Source of the DNA: an uncultured Planctomycetaceae bacterium | GTDB lineage: Bacteria > Planctomycetota > Planctomycetia > Planctomycetales > Planctomycetaceae | Length of the DNA: 64,000 nt | Direction: 5' to 3' | Assembly (NCBI GenBank): GCA_963815195.1 | Contig: CAWFGE010000014.1 | Location: 1 to 64,000, forward strand | Notes under the pieces: model-generated | What the model was told of the DNA's origin: nothing | The model's input: the letters and a program-made list of their open reading frames with translations, nothing else | Database searches by the model: none | Shown here: in pieces, positions 35,301 through 48,576 of the stretch | Numbering within the stretch: position 1 is the stretch's first letter | How the letters are laid out: each line of letters starts with the position of its first letter | Position numbers and translations under genes: made by a program

Positions 35301-38300
35301 TCATTGGCTCGTGTCGTTGCAAGGATCCATCTAGCCTCCGGATTGACTTCGCCGAGGTCATCGTCGTCCTTGAGAATCGGATCCGTCTTCAGATTCTGAA
35401 CAATATTCGGCAGGGCCAGTAAGCTCTTCTCACCGCGAGATTGACCCTTGAATTCGTTCAATGACGCAAGTTCGCTAGAGGAAACGACCGGTGCCAAGTT
35501 CCACGTCACGGTTCTTGTGGATTTCCCGTCCGATCGTTCCCAGACGGCGTACACCGAGGCGTTCGTCTTCGGGTCCGCGCTTCGCGTGATGGTCTGTAGA
35601 ATCACTGCGGGCAGTTTGTCTCCGCTCTCGAAATCCTGAACCGTCAGTATTGCACTGGGTTGGATGGTTTGGACAGAGGCTGGAACGGTAATCTTGCTGG
35701 GCCAGTGGAACAACCTGACCTTCCCATCATCTGATGCGGTCGCAACGGTCAGGTTCTTAGCATTGGACGAAGCTCGGACATCAAGGCCGGAAACCTTGCC
35801 AGCCGCGCTTTGTGCAATTGGAGAAGGCTTCTGATTGTCATCAATGTCGTAGACAAAGAACGTTGCGCCGGTTCCGGCGGTGCCGAGGAATATACGCTGT
35901 GCCGCGATCCTTGCAGCCGTTATCGGAGCCGACAAAGTGACTCCGTCCTGTGGGTCAGCGAATTGCAACGGCGAGTCATTCGGGCCTGCCGAAATCTTGA
36001 GCGTAATGTGTCTGAACTGAAAGGACGCGGACTGAATAATCACAAGCCGGATTCGTTCACGATCTGCGTCTACCTCAAGGAAATCGATGCGTCCGTTCTG
36101 CAGCGTGATTTCCGTAATTTCCTTCGCCAAAACCATTGACAATGGTTCCCAGGCGAAGAGCTTTGGTTTGGCCTGTGGAGTCGGAGGATCAACGGCGAAG
36201 AAAACCCACATGCGACCTTTGAGCCAGCCGGCGGCGACGGCCGTGACGGGAGTGCGTTGTTCGAGCAGAGGGATGTCCGAACTGCCTGCTCGGCGTGCCC
36301 CGTTCTTGCCGTCCGGGTGAACGTGAACAGTCGGCTGACCGTCGGTGTCGTCCGCCGTCCAGCGCAGCCAGGCTTTCAGCCAGTCGCCTGGAAGCCGCTG
36401 CCATTCACCTTCGCCTGGACCTATGCCCGGTACCGCGGAGCCACCCGCGGTTGCGGACAACTGAAAGGTGTCATCGGAAGTGGTCGTCACGTAGTAAGTT
36501 GTGTTCGGTGCAACGCCGACGGGAAATGTGCCGGTCGGCAGCAACTGAATGGGAGTCCCATTAGTCAGACCATGAGCCGTGCTTGTGAAAATGCCATCGC
36601 TGGCGACGGTGAACGGTCGCGGCGAAGGATTCAAAGTGAGGGATTGCGGCTTCAAATCGTCGGTTGCACCATTCCACTCGAATTGGAGTGCCCCGGGTGA
36701 ATCGGCCTTACGTTTGATCTGCGGAGTAATCGGCGTGTCTGCTTCTTTGTATGCCACTCCGGACAGCCAGTTGGCAACCGGCTTTGTGTCATCGCCGCTG
36801 AGTTTCAGAGCCTCCAATGTCGCGTTCGAAAATCGGTCGCGAACAGCTTTTTCCCTGGCGAGTCGCAGTTCTTCATGGCGAAAGTCACGAATGCCACCTT
36901 CACCGCCGTCGGGATCCACCAGCGGCGGGAGTGCTCCGGGTTCGGCATCCTTCCGATCAGGCGTGCTGCGAGCCCAGTCGAATGCTTCCAGCAGAGCGTT
37001 GTGATGCAGCGGCTGTACTTCGTGTGCTGCGAAATTCATCCTGCTTGACACTCACAAGGCTCCACGGGTGCAGGGCGGCGACCATTTCTTCTGAGGGGAG
37101 AAACAGGTCGCCCGTTTTACTGACCGTGATCATTCCCAATTTGTGTTGGTCTGAACCGGGTGTCAGCGTGATGTTCTGTTTCAGATGAACGGCCACCAGA
37201 CCGGATTCGTAATTGCGGACGCGGTCGGGCGGCGGCGGATCGTTGGGGTTTGTGGAGGCTGCCGGCGTCAGGTTGCCACCGACGCGGGGGACCAGATCGA
37301 TACCCGCAACCGGACCGGGGACATACGCAATAACAACATCGTTTGCACCACGGAATGACGAGAGCGTAATGCTGCTTTTGTCTTCCGTCTGAGCTGCCTG
37401 AAGTGCGTACACCTGAGTCACTTCGCTGTCGGACAGTTCACGATCATTGGCCAGCAGAATGCGTGTGTCTGCGTGCAGTCCTGCAAACCGGTCGGCCTGA
37501 TTGGGAAGCGATGCGGGATCGTTGAGTACTTTCTGGAGCGCCATGGATCTTCGGCGATGCCGCTTCTATGCGTGCGTCTTTCATCGTGAGCGTCACGCTC
37601 CGTGCGTTGCTGTTCGCTGCGTCGACCGGGTTCAAAGCCAGCCAGATGCGTCCGTTTGACATGCCGGAATCGGGCAGCAGGCTGAGATCGATCCTCCAGT
37701 CTTCACTGGCGCCTTCGTCCTCGCCCTTGAGCTTGTCCAGCCGAATGGAACGGCTGAGCCCTGCATCGTAGTCCGCCTGGCGGGAGACGGCAGTTTCGCG
37801 TACCGGCAACGAATCCAGTCGGTACCGCAGCCAGACGCCCGGCTCCGTTTTCTTGTTGTTGGAATCATCCTTCTCAACCTCAAGCCGCGTTCGCTGCCAC
37901 AGGTACGGCAGGTTGGCTCCGGCACCCGGCACTTCGCCGGTTGAGACAAGTTGGGACTTGCTGGTCAGTTTCTTCAACGCCGGCAGCACGACTTTGTCAG
38001 CACTGGGCGGATTGTCATCCCACGACCACTCGAACGAGGTCTGTTCGTCTCTCTGGTCGTCTGGCGGATCTTCGAACGCATCGACTGCATCGGTGTAGAC
38101 GAAATCAGCCTTTTCGACGGCGGGATCACCCTTGATCACCAGTGACCTTGGAGCCCAGTCCGCGCCACCGAGTGACAGGGCCCAGCCCGGCGCAATTCGT
38201 TCACGAGCTGTGGCGTTCGCGGTTGTCCCATCGTGTTTGATTTGAACATGAACAAACACAGCCCCTTCGGCATCCGACCGATCGTCAAACCGATTGACGT

Positions 38301-38970
38301 GGGTCACGGGAGCGGCCGTTTGAGGCTCCAGCCTTTTCTTTGACGTATCCTCCACCTGCTTGAGCCGATGGTCTGGGCCTTTGTGAGCGGGTGTCGCGTC
38401 TCCTGACAATCCAGCATCGCGCCATGCGATTTGTCTCCAGACCAGCCGCGACTTCTGATCCTTCTCAGATGGGACAGACGCGCCCTTCACAAGATGAAAT
38501 CTGCGACGATTCTGATTTGCGTCAAGAGTTTCCACTTCCAGTCCCGTGGCAGTGGCGATCAGTCGATCCAGATTTCCCAGCGGGGAGTCAGCAATCCCGG
38601 GCCAGACGGCATTCAGTACGGGAGGAAGAGTCTGGAACTGGCTGACATCGACTCGGATTCCCCCCGAGACGACTTCGAACGCCACATCTCCGTTCGGCTG
38701 CTTCGGATTTCGTGCCGCAACACAGACGCGTTCCGTTCTCTGGTCAGAACTCGCGGGAACGGCAATCTCTACGCCAAGGAACTTCAGTGTGAGCGCCTTG
38801 TCGGTCCACGAAATCTCCGGTGCGGCACCTCTTCCCGCGGTCGCTTTCTGCGCGGCAGAGATCACTTTTTCGTCGATAATTCCGTCAGTGTTCCCACCTC
38901 CGTTAGTGATGGTCACACTCACGCGCAGGATCGAGGGATCCTGCTGCGAAAACAAAATCAGATCGCTCAT
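32380..38970 (-). CDS. Giant protein B (~2,200 aa after joining five ORFs) with a WD40-like region
   Basis: Overlapping same-strand ORFs 37444-38970, 36957-37544, 34262-37051, 33759-34283, 32380-33771; VATASDDGKVRLF and VVTGGADGTVRVWD blades; HGLTNG...PNTTYYV..DDTFQLSAT module. Confidence 0.65.
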
Positions 38971-38980
38971 GATGCAAGTC

Positions 38981-41900
38981 CTACTGAGATTGTGTATCGA
39001 AGATTTTGAACTTCACGGGCCGTGTCCGGTAACCATCACGCTGCATCTGCAGCCAGGGTAATCCCGGGTTCTTGGTGTCCAACGGGTTTCTGAAGATGGC
39101 TGCGGGCGTTGGATTTTCGCCTTCCGAAACCGTCACCTTGACATCAAACATCACCACGTAAACGGGGCGTGCATCCTGAGACGGCCACCAGAGTTTGATC
39201 GCAGTTTTGTCGACGACCTTGACCTTATCGCCATTTCGATTCTGGATGAGAATTGGGTTCGCGGGAACGGGGTCCCCTGAGTACTGCGGACTGCCGGGCA
39301 AGAGCAGTTCAACGAGTTCCGCGTAGACTGGCTCGGCGTCGGTTGAATCGGGAAGTTCCCACAGGATTTGATAAGTGCAATTCAGGTCTGGCAATTCGGC
39401 CGCGGACAAGTGTCGAATTCCAGACAGAACCGCGGTCTTGTCTGGATCGACCATTCCCAGATCCGTCTGAATTTCTTTCGGCGTGAGCAAATCACCCTGA
39501 CAACTAAGGAACAGTCGGAAGGAATAGGCAATCACTTCCTCTGACTCGACTATTGCAGTGAGTTGGGGCTTGAAAAGCGAAAGGACTGACGGTTTGCGTT
39601 GTGCATAGGATGTGTCACTCGTTTCGGATTCCGTGTCTGAGGTCGACTTGTCGGATATTTCAGTGCCGTCGAATCGCGGTGCGATCGAGACTTTGTATTT
39701 CCGGTAGTACGGCAGTTCGGGAAGACTGACCAGCCGCTCGTGGCGAAACAGAGTCGGGATACCCGATTCAACGCGCGCGACCGGCGTACGCGACGGTGGT
39801 GTCACTCCCGCAAGAATCAGCACCGGCGGTTTGCCATTGAGGTCAATGTCGGCATTCAGAGTAAGCGTCTGATCGTGCGCTCTGTAATCTTCAATGAGCC
39901 TTGCATGGCTGGGCTTTTGCGAACTGTCCAGGGCGAGTAGCAACTGTCCCTTGTAGAAGTGTCCTGCTTCGCTCAATGGAGTAGAATCGCCTTGCGGTTC
40001 TAAGTGAAACTGCCGTTGATCCGCAGCTCCTACACGCGCTATTCTCCCCGCGAAACCGTTCTTCGCGATCAGTGTTGTGGTTGGGTTCTTCAGACCGCCG
40101 ACGATCTTATTCTCCGGGATTTCAAAGCCCGCCAAAGCGTCTGTACCAAGAAAGTTCAAGTTGCCATTTTCGCTACTCGCCACCGGAACGAATACGGCAA
40201 GTGCGACGTGCGTGCGATTCTTGTCGAATACAACAAGTGTGTCGCCGCTCGCCAAGCCGGTTGCGGGGACTGTCCATTGATTTGGAGATTCGCTCGTGAT
40301 CTTGATCTGCATCAACGAATCAAATCCGGTGATACCCGCAATCATGCCAGCCGGGCCGTCAATCCTCGTGTGGGAAAACTGCGCCGTAACGCCTTGATAG
40401 CCCGTACGTCTGGCGGACAGGCCGGAGACGGTGGCGCGGGCACCGGACGTTGGCAGGGAGTAAATGAACTCAATCCGTGTCGGATGCGGGCTGATCTGCG
40501 AGAATGGTGCTGAGCAGTGTGGCACGCGCGTTTTTGAGACGTCTTGCGGCTCGTGGGGCGGCGTCTTCGAGGCGGCCCTGAGTGACAGACTCGCTGACTG
40601 ACCTGGTCGTACCGCAGCAGGCGACCGATGTCGCCGCGACGGCTGACGCCGCTGAATCCTTCAGACACAAGTTCCTGAACCGGACGATACCGGTAAGGGT
40701 AAACGCCATCGGGTCGCGTCATCTGATCGGTGAGTGTCCAGTACACGCGGGCAGACGATTCGGGACGCGGGTCGCTGACAATTTCAGCATCCGTCAGTGG
40801 TACGCCCGGATCTTCCTGTTCGTCCCAGGCTTGCTTTTCATTGGTTTCGGATTCCGCCTTCGCCGCTGTGTTCAGGAACGCGGATTCAATTTGCGTCAGC
40901 CTCATCACCAGATCAACCAGCGTTTGATCGTCTTTGTCGCCAGGGAGCGAGTCGAAATTCCCACGATCCCAGGGCATGGCCAGATCAACGACTTTCTTGA
41001 GCTGCCCGCCTGAAGAATCCTTGAACGGCAACACCATCCGCATCACGGCATTTCGGAACGGCGAGAGATGTTGCTTCTCGAGTTTGCTGGCAATGCCCGC
41101 GTTGTCCGTGTTGTTATCATCGGGGGCAGCCGACGTGTCGCGTGGCAGGTTCGCGTATTGGCTCATGCCGGTTGCATACGGCGTGTACCACCAACTCGGG
41201 TACTCGGGCGACGGAACCAGCAGGTGATACACTTTGTCGCCGCTGACGCTCTTGTAGTAATACCATGTCTCAACAGGCGGCAATTCTTTTGTGGTGTTGG
41301 CCGGCAGCGTTTGCACCGGGGCTCGTGGCAGACCGCGAAGCCGATTGATCTGGTCTTCCACAGCGGCGATACGGCGTCGAACGTTGGTCGCGACTTCCGG
41401 CCGGTAGTCGAACCGCGGTGCGATCCGCAGGTCGTGTCCGCAGACCGACGTCGAGATGGCCATCGTGCCGGAAAAGCCGATGCCGCCGGATTCGTCGAAT
41501 GCCAGGATGCCTTCCAGAACCAGATCCAGCGACGATTCCGGCAGGTGGTATTCCTCAATGGAGAAGACCGGGTAAACCAGTTTGATGCGGACGGTCACAG
41601 TCTCGGTGATGTCACGTGTTTTCCATTTGCACTTCCAGCGTTTGCATTTCAGGTAGGGAATGCTGACAGTGATGCTGAATGTTTCTTCGTATTCGATGGT
41701 CTCGAACGCGACGGTGGGAATATTCACGAATGCGGAGACTCGGAATGACAGCCCGGCTCGGATGGCTCCGTACGCTGCCAGACCACGGGACGAAACGAGA
41801 CCGCCGAAGTCGGCATCCAGCCCAAAATTCCCGCGGAAGGCAAAGCCGCCGATGCCGCCCTGCAGTTTCTTCTCAGGCAGTTCACCGCGAAGTCCCAGCG

Positions 41901-44900
41901 TGGCTCGCATCAGGGCTCCGAATCGACCGATCGCGATGCGATAACTTGCCATCACGGCAATGTTGATACCGAACAACTGATCGCGGTACGACAGACTCTT
42001 CCAGGTAGAAGTCCGCCAGTTCGGACGACAAGTAGAATGAGAATCTTGCTCGGACGCGGCTGAGCAGATCGGAAAGCATTTGGTTGCTTTCGATCGCCGG
42101 CCTCGGCGTCGTTTGAGCGACCAGCGAGAACGTTCGCTCCCGGGCGGACAACCCTGCGGCTCCGATCAGTGCCGGACGCCGTTCGTGATCCTGCTGAGTG
42201 ATATAGCCCGGACTGGAAAACAACCACACCTGAGCCGCGGCCACAATGTCGATGTTGGTGTCAATGCTCAGCAGCAATTTGGCCACGTACGCGCAGACTA
42301 CGTTGTCCTTGCCGCGATTCGAGGCGATCATGGCTGTGGCGACGACCGATACGTAAACGCCGGCTTCCGAAACGAAGCTCCAATTGCGGGACTGTTTTGG
42401 GTCGATGTGATCCAGGTTGGCGAGAATCGCTCGCGGATCCGGCCGGTCGCCAATGCCCGCCAGTCGATTGTTCAATCCAAGCCCCAAACCAACGCGTTTG
42501 AGCACGACGCCGGAAAACAGATCGGCTTCGTACGGCAGTTCGGCAAAGATGGCGAGGTTCGGAGCGGTCTTGCCGTCTTCCTTGAGCCCCGTGCCCAGTT
42601 TCAAACTGCCGGCAACTTCCGGAAAGCCGGTCATCTGCAGTCGACCGTCGGCCCGGAAGTAGTGTTCGGTTGGCGTGTCTTCCCAGCCCACGTTGCCGGC
42701 GAAGGAAAGCTGAGTCCCAATGCGCACCTGCAGACCGAAAGAGGACGGCGTCTTGAATTTGAGCGATCGCTTGTTGAGATCGAACATCAGTTCGACCTTC
42801 CCAGCCTCGATGGCGACATCGAGATCGCCGCTGCTGGCCTGATATTCGAATCGGGCGCGTTCGATTGCGAAGCTGGCCGTTTTCGCGTCGAGATCCCAGT
42901 GCAACACGGAGTTGTAGAATTCGACGCGAAACTGCTTTTCGAGCAATTCGAATCGTGCGACCTGATCGACCGTGCTGGGTGTGCTGTTTGAGGGGCCGCC
43001 ATTGCCGTTATTCACATTCGCGGGCTCATCTCTCACCGGTCTGCCAAGTGGAATCTGGCCCGCACCATTATGGAGTCGGGTCAGGTCGAGGTCACGGAAG
43101 GGAATCGCTTGCGGCTGATCCAGTCCTTCGATCCCGCCAGTTGATCCGAGATCGCCGGTGATGGAGATGGCTCCCGTCGCCCATGCTCGGAAATCCCAGT
43201 CTGAACTATCGCTCCCTTGCTTCTTCGTCCATGTCAACTGCATCCGCAGATCGTCAAGCTGTGCCTTGAGCAGTGGAATCTGCATGCGGGCGAGCGGCTT
43301 GCGGTCTGTGCGATCGATGTCGATAACGGCCGTGACAACGGGCGGTTCGTTTGGTTTGTCACGTCTGAGACCCAGTGCGACGTCGGCTTCAAAGTTGTCC
43401 AGGCCGGGAATTTTGATCCGTCCAGCCAGATTGGCGTAGCGCACCTGGTTGTCAATGACGACCAGACCGCTGCGAAGGCCGTCACGAGTCTCGACCAATC
43501 GCATGGGAACGGAAGCACTACCTGCAACGGTGATGTTGGCTTCTTTGACGGTGTCCGCTTTGGCTGAGAAGGTCAGTCCCCGGGCACCCAGTCGCAATTG
43601 CAGCGTTTTTGATTCGTCCTTCGGTTGTTCCGGCCAGACTTCCGGTTCGAAATCTTCGAGAAGAATGCGGACGCGTTTCTTTTCGTCGTCCGATTTGACC
43701 GTGCCGTCGTCGTCCCTATTCAAGCCGCCAGGAAACAGCACCGCCAACTGCGGCCGATTGGCCTGCGAAACGGGCTGCGCATCCAGCACGACATCAAGCG
43801 ATTCGAAGTCGAGATAACCGTCGTGATGCTCCTCACTCGGCAGGCGTTTCTTGGGATCCTTCAGGATACTCGTGAGGTCCGCAACGGTCCGAATGGGTAG
43901 TGTCATGGCGAACGCTGTGAGGTCCAGCATTTGTGGACGGTCAGTCGCTCCGGCACCCGCCGCGACGTAGAAATAAGCCCGGTTGCTGCTGAGCCGTCCT
44001 TTCCACAGATTGATGTGCAGAACGACCAAAAAGACGAGATCGGGCTTGCTCGCGTCTTTCTCTTTGCTCACCTTCAATGCGACGGGCAGCGGATAGTCTT
44101 CGGTATTGAATGCGTCGAGTTCTTTGATGACGTCAACCAGATCGGTGCCGTGGTTCAAAGCTGACTTAACCTGACTAAGACTGAAGTACAATGCTTCGCC
44201 AGCTTGCCCGGCGAGTTCCTGCAATGGAGCAAAGAAGCTGCTTAGGTCCGTGTCTTTGACATTGGTGTCTTCCTGAAAGACCGCGAGAACCTTCTTGCCA
44301 ATCTCTTCAGCAAGTTGCCCGGCCTCTGCCAACCCGGCGACCGTCCGTTTGACAGACCACAGCAGCGGGGCGATGTCGAGAGTGCCCTTCGGTCGCTTGA
44401 TTTTGACTGTGTATTTGAGTGGAGTGAGATTCTCCGCTGACGAGGGGACCAGTTTGGCCAGGGCGTTCGTTGCCGAATCGCCGATTGCGGCCTGAACCAA
44501 GGGAAGTACAAACGTTGCGGTTCCCAAGTCCTCATTGTCGCCCGGATCCGCCGCGATCCCGATGTGGTCATCGTGCAGCCGAATTCGAAATTGTTCCCAC
44601 TCAAACGTGACCTTCGATTCAGGTATGCCGCTTACCAGTGGTTTGTGGTCGTATGAACTCTTCGGAATGACAATCTCAAAGCCGATCTTACGGGCACCTC
44701 CGGCTCCGTCCTCGAGAACGAGTGCTGTATTCAGTGCTGAATCGTTGTCGAGCGGGATGTGCATCGGACCCGAATCGGGAACTAGCGTCGAAAGATCCTT
44801 TCCATTGACCTTGAGCTTCTTGTCGTCCGTGCTGTAGCTCAGCGTGATCGTCTTGCCGATTCTGAATGGTGTCTTGAAACCGACCTTGGTGAGGTCGATG

Positions 44901-45398
44901 TTCTTCACTGTGATCGCAATCGCGACTGAGGAAGACGGCACATTAGTATCTGCCGTGATCGTTGCCTCGACTTTTTCAACGTTTACCACGCCGCCGACTG
45001 AAGAACTGGTGGTGGTCGACAACGTGACGGACGCCGTGGACTTATGCGTCAGGAAATGGTGCGAAGCTTGTAGTGTTGCCAGATCAACGGTCGCGCCACC
45101 GGCTGGAGTGAGTGACATGTCTTCAAAACGCAGCACACGCCATCCGTCAGGTACTGTGGGATCTGCGTCCGCATTTGCACCCAAAAGCGAAAGCAATTTG
45201 TTCAGTACCGGGTTCTCTGCCTCAGCCCGAACAAGCAGAGCTCGGTGTGAAGGTGTTGGGCGAAGCTTGCGCATCCCAGCCAAGCAAGGCCACGACCGTC
45301 CATTTGTCGGTGCCATTGCTGAGGTCTCCCTCCTTCAGCTTGCCCGTGGTGGAATCAACGACGCTGTTCTCACCGAACCAGATATACGGAATTGGCAT
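38981..45398 (-). CDS. Giant beta-rich protein A (~2,140 aa after joining frames) with a DUF6603-like region
   Basis: ATG 45398 (MPIPYIWFGE), then ORFs 41882-45316, 40342-41976, 40470-40709, 38981-40525; long runs of amphipathic strands; LKRVGLGLGLNNRL resembles the DUF6603 G.G.G.GYNR motif as I recall it. Confidence 0.65.
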
Positions 45399-45497
45399 GG
45401 TACTGTCTCAACAGATGCAATGGGCCACAAACGGTGGGGGCGTTCAATGTTGATCAATCTCGCAGTGAGTTGCCGGGGCACACTTCCGTTGCGAACC

Positions 45498-46229
45498 TCA
45501 GGGCGATTTCCAGTCCGGCGGGCGTGCACCGTAGTCAGCATCGCCCGGTCGCACGTAATACTCCGGTGCATGCTGCAGCCACGCGCGATCGGCTGACGAA
45601 AACCGAAATTCAATCGAGTCCGGATATTGCTCCGCCGGACGCAGGTACTGATTGGGCACCATCAGTGTGTTCACCGCGTCCCGAGAATACGGCTCTCCCG
45701 CTTCACCTGGATGCCGAAGATTGAACACGTGCCCCAGCTCATGAGCCACCGTCCGCAGATAGGTGCGGTCATCATCCTGCACCCGCCGCCACGCAATGGC
45801 ACACCCCTGTCGCGGCTTCGTCCCGGAATCGCTGGCCGTTACATCGAACATCAGTCCCAGCGGACGACTGAATCGACCGTTGGTGACCGTGAGGATCTCC
45901 GGTACGATCAGCATGCAGGCGATCCACTCGGTAGCGTCGATACTGCCATGTTTCGTCAGTGTCGAAACGAGTACGGAACGTAGGTCTGCGGGCTCAAAGG
46001 ACCGTCCGCCTGCGGGGGGCACAACGTCGTCCTCAAGCAAAGAGCAGTGGAGCGAAACGCCGGCTTCGGCAAAGATGTCAACAAGCCCTACCAAAGCTCC
46101 ACGGTGCGTCACGGTTCTTGGTGGCCAGGTCGTCCCAATGGCTTTGCGAACCAAGAGTGTGCAATTCCTCTGCTGCGACAATGAAGTACTAATGCCAGAC
46201 AAGTGTCATCCCGTCGTAAGTGTTGACAT
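45498..46229 (-). CDS. Metzincin-like zinc metallopeptidase
   Basis: HELGHVFNLRH followed by NTLM Met-turn and FRFS; start uncertain (ATG 46229 has an in-frame TGA at codon 8; TTG at 46202). Confidence 0.8.
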
Positions 46230-46330
46230 GACCTCGACTCCTTTTATTCAATGCTGTCCTTCTAATGCCATTCTACTCGCAAGTAATACTTACACAATGG
46301 TAAGTCCGAACGGTCTTGAACGCCGACTCT

Positions 46331-48541
46331 TCAGACACTCAAGATGTCGTGCTCTTTGCACCACTCGAACGTGGCTAATCCAAACAGCAATTCTTCAATT
46401 TCTGCAATCGGAGTTTGGTAAGGCTCCCAATCCTCGGGTACCGCAAATTCTAGAGGAACGCCCGTGAGCTTTTGCTTGAGCACGAAGCCGAAGGCACGCG
46501 GACCATCGTCGGTATTGGCGACTACTATCTTCCAGAACTGCTTCGGAATTTGAATCTTGACTGGGCCATTCGAATCGACGCCATTGAATCGCTTGTCGGA
46601 GGGATCGAGAACTGGTCCCGCAAACACGATCACCCGCTCAGATGTCGTTTCATGCTGAATTAGGTTTTCCAGATCTCCCCAATTGTCGACCCCTTTGGTG
46701 GCCTGGTTGAATTTCGCAACTTGGGGTGAGCAGTTCGTCGTATGAAACGTGTCGCCATTCCCCTTTTGCATGTCTTCGAATGAGTCCCCCCAAGCGACGT
46801 CATCTCGCCGCACCAGATGACCCCGGTCAAACGCTCCCTGGTCCTTGATGAAGAATTTGTCGGGGAGCTGTTCCCCAGCTGGAATACGCTCGTCGATCGC
46901 CCAGGCTTCTCGAATGTTGTCGTCATCAAATCCGTTGAGTTCGTCTCGTGTCGGCTTGTGGCCGTTGGAGAGGAACTTGTCTTCCGACTGCCAGCTGACG
47001 TTGGACGCAGTGAACAACGCGAGGCGGCGCTCTTTATGCATGACGACTGAAAACTTGTGGTACTTGAGTTCATGGCTGTCATCCGACAGCCGGGCGACGA
47101 CATCCGCACCGTCCTCCGTGAGTTCCGGCAATGGCACCAGTTCCCCGCCATCGAGTTCGAGAAAGTGGGGATCGTATCCAGTGCGCTGATCCAGGTTGGG
47201 GTGAATCACCGGGACTTGAAACGTTGCTTCACGCGCAGCACGGACTGGTGCTATTGCTGGCCCGACGTTCGCGCCCAGCAGTGGTTGTCCCAATGAGATG
47301 GACACTTGGATGGGGATCGTCCAGGTGACCGACTGTTGGTCAGGCTGGCCAGTCACGAAAGGAGCAGCTGGGAACGCTGCGGATACGCCACTGTCAGCCA
47401 GCGACTCAATGCCGCGCCAGGCACGGTCCCATTCCTCGGTCGGCGGAACGCTGCCGACAAAATTCATGCCTGTATCCACCACGCGCGGGTCACGAGCCAG
47501 CTCGAATAACGGCACCGAGTAGTTCGCTTTGAGAGTTATGCCGGCGAAATGCAGTCCCACAACTTCTCCAGTGTCCACGTCGACGATTGCAGAACCCGAG
47601 TTCCCAGCAAGCGTGGAGCTATCGTGTGTCATCGCTGGAACGACGTAATCGAAACTCTCGATCCGCTCCCTGACTTCGATTTCGCCAGGAGCCAGCCGCT
47701 TGACGCCAAAGATTGTTCCATAGACCTTTCGCTCCAGTTGTACGGCTTTACGAGATCGGTCATTTCCGCGACCCGGATATCCGATCACCACAATGTTGCG
47801 TCCGACCAGATCCTCTGGCGCCCGAACCGATAACCGCAGCCCCCCATTTGCAGCCGACAACCCGTCGACGCGGAACAGCGCCATATCCCAATACGGATGC
47901 ACCATCACCACATCCGTGAGCCGAACACTGGTCGAAAGATCGTTCGGATCGAGTTCGTTCTCGCGCCGGAAGTCGATGGCAGACTCAACCCCCGGAATGA
48001 ACGACAGTTGGTTTCGCAGCCGTCCCGTGCCACGCACGAACGCCTCGGCAACGTGCCGGTTCGTCATCATCAGATTCGGGCCCACGACAAAGCCGGTACC
48101 GATATGCTGCGGGATACCGCCAGAGATGTCCTCGATACGTCCAATGGAAGGCATCAGGGCGTTGATACGCGAGCGAACTGGGTCTGCATTGAGCTGCGTC
48201 CAAGGATCTGGAAGTACATCAAATTCGTCGTCGATCACGAACACGACGGGACGGCCATCCTCCTCAACGATCGCTTCTAACACCCCATGCTCTCGTCCCG
48301 TGATATCGTCAAAATCACCATTCTCCAACTTCCGTAGAGCCGACGTCTCCACATCGAAATCGCGCGTGACGAGATTGTCCAGATTGGACCCGCGCCCACG
48401 GGCCTCGCCCGTCAGACTCTCCCTTCCCCCTTCGCCCGCTGGTGCCGTGCTTCTCTCCTTCGCCAGAGATTCCAACTTGCCAGCTCCGGCAACTCTGGAA
48501 AGTTTTCTTCGAAGGGCATGAAGTGAAGTATCTCGTGGCAT
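46331..48541 (-). CDS. Trypsin-like serine protease fused to a DNA/RNA non-specific (NucA-type) endonuclease
   Basis: Intact 736 aa; triad TNRHV / DMAL / GNSGS; nuclease FDRGHLVRR, TNCSPQ..FNQ, WGDLEN. Confidence 0.92.
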   Translation of the reverse strand: MPRDTSLHALRRKLSRVAGAGKLESLAKERSTAPAGEGGRESLTGEARGRGSNLDNLVTRDFDVETSALRKLENGDFDDITGREHGVLEAIVEEDGRPVVFVIDDEFDVLPDPWTQLNADPVRSRINALMPSIGRIEDISGGIPQHIGTGFVVGPNLMMTNRHVAEAFVRGTGRLRNQLSFIPGVESAIDFRRENELDPNDLSTSVRLTDVVMVHPYWDMALFRVDGLSAANGGLRLSVRAPEDLVGRNIVVIGYPGRGNDRSRKAVQLERKVYGTIFGVKRLAPGEIEVRERIESFDYVVPAMTHDSSTLAGNSGSAIVDVDTGEVVGLHFAGITLKANYSVPLFELARDPRVVDTGMNFVGSVPPTEEWDRAWRGIESLADSGVSAAFPAAPFVTGQPDQQSVTWTIPIQVSISLGQPLLGANVGPAIAPVRAAREATFQVPVIHPNLDQRTGYDPHFLELDGGELVPLPELTEDGADVVARLSDDSHELKYHKFSVVMHKERRLALFTASNVSWQSEDKFLSNGHKPTRDELNGFDDDNIREAWAIDERIPAGEQLPDKFFIKDQGAFDRGHLVRRDDVAWGDSFEDMQKGNGDTFHTTNCSPQVAKFNQATKGVDNWGDLENLIQHETTSERVIVFAGPVLDPSDKRFNGVDSNGPVKIQIPKQFWKIVVANTDDGPRAFGFVLKQKLTGVPLEFAVPEDWEPYQTPIAEIEELLFGLATFEWCKEHDILSV

Positions 48542-48576
48542 GGAATGTCTCCTGCGAAGTGAGGATGTAGAATGGG

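Noticed and set aside
46202..46229. In-frame TGA near the zinc peptidase start as selenocysteine or recoding
   Set aside because: Non-catalytic position; TGA is a normal stop elsewhere in the window; an alternative start or a sequence error is more likely.
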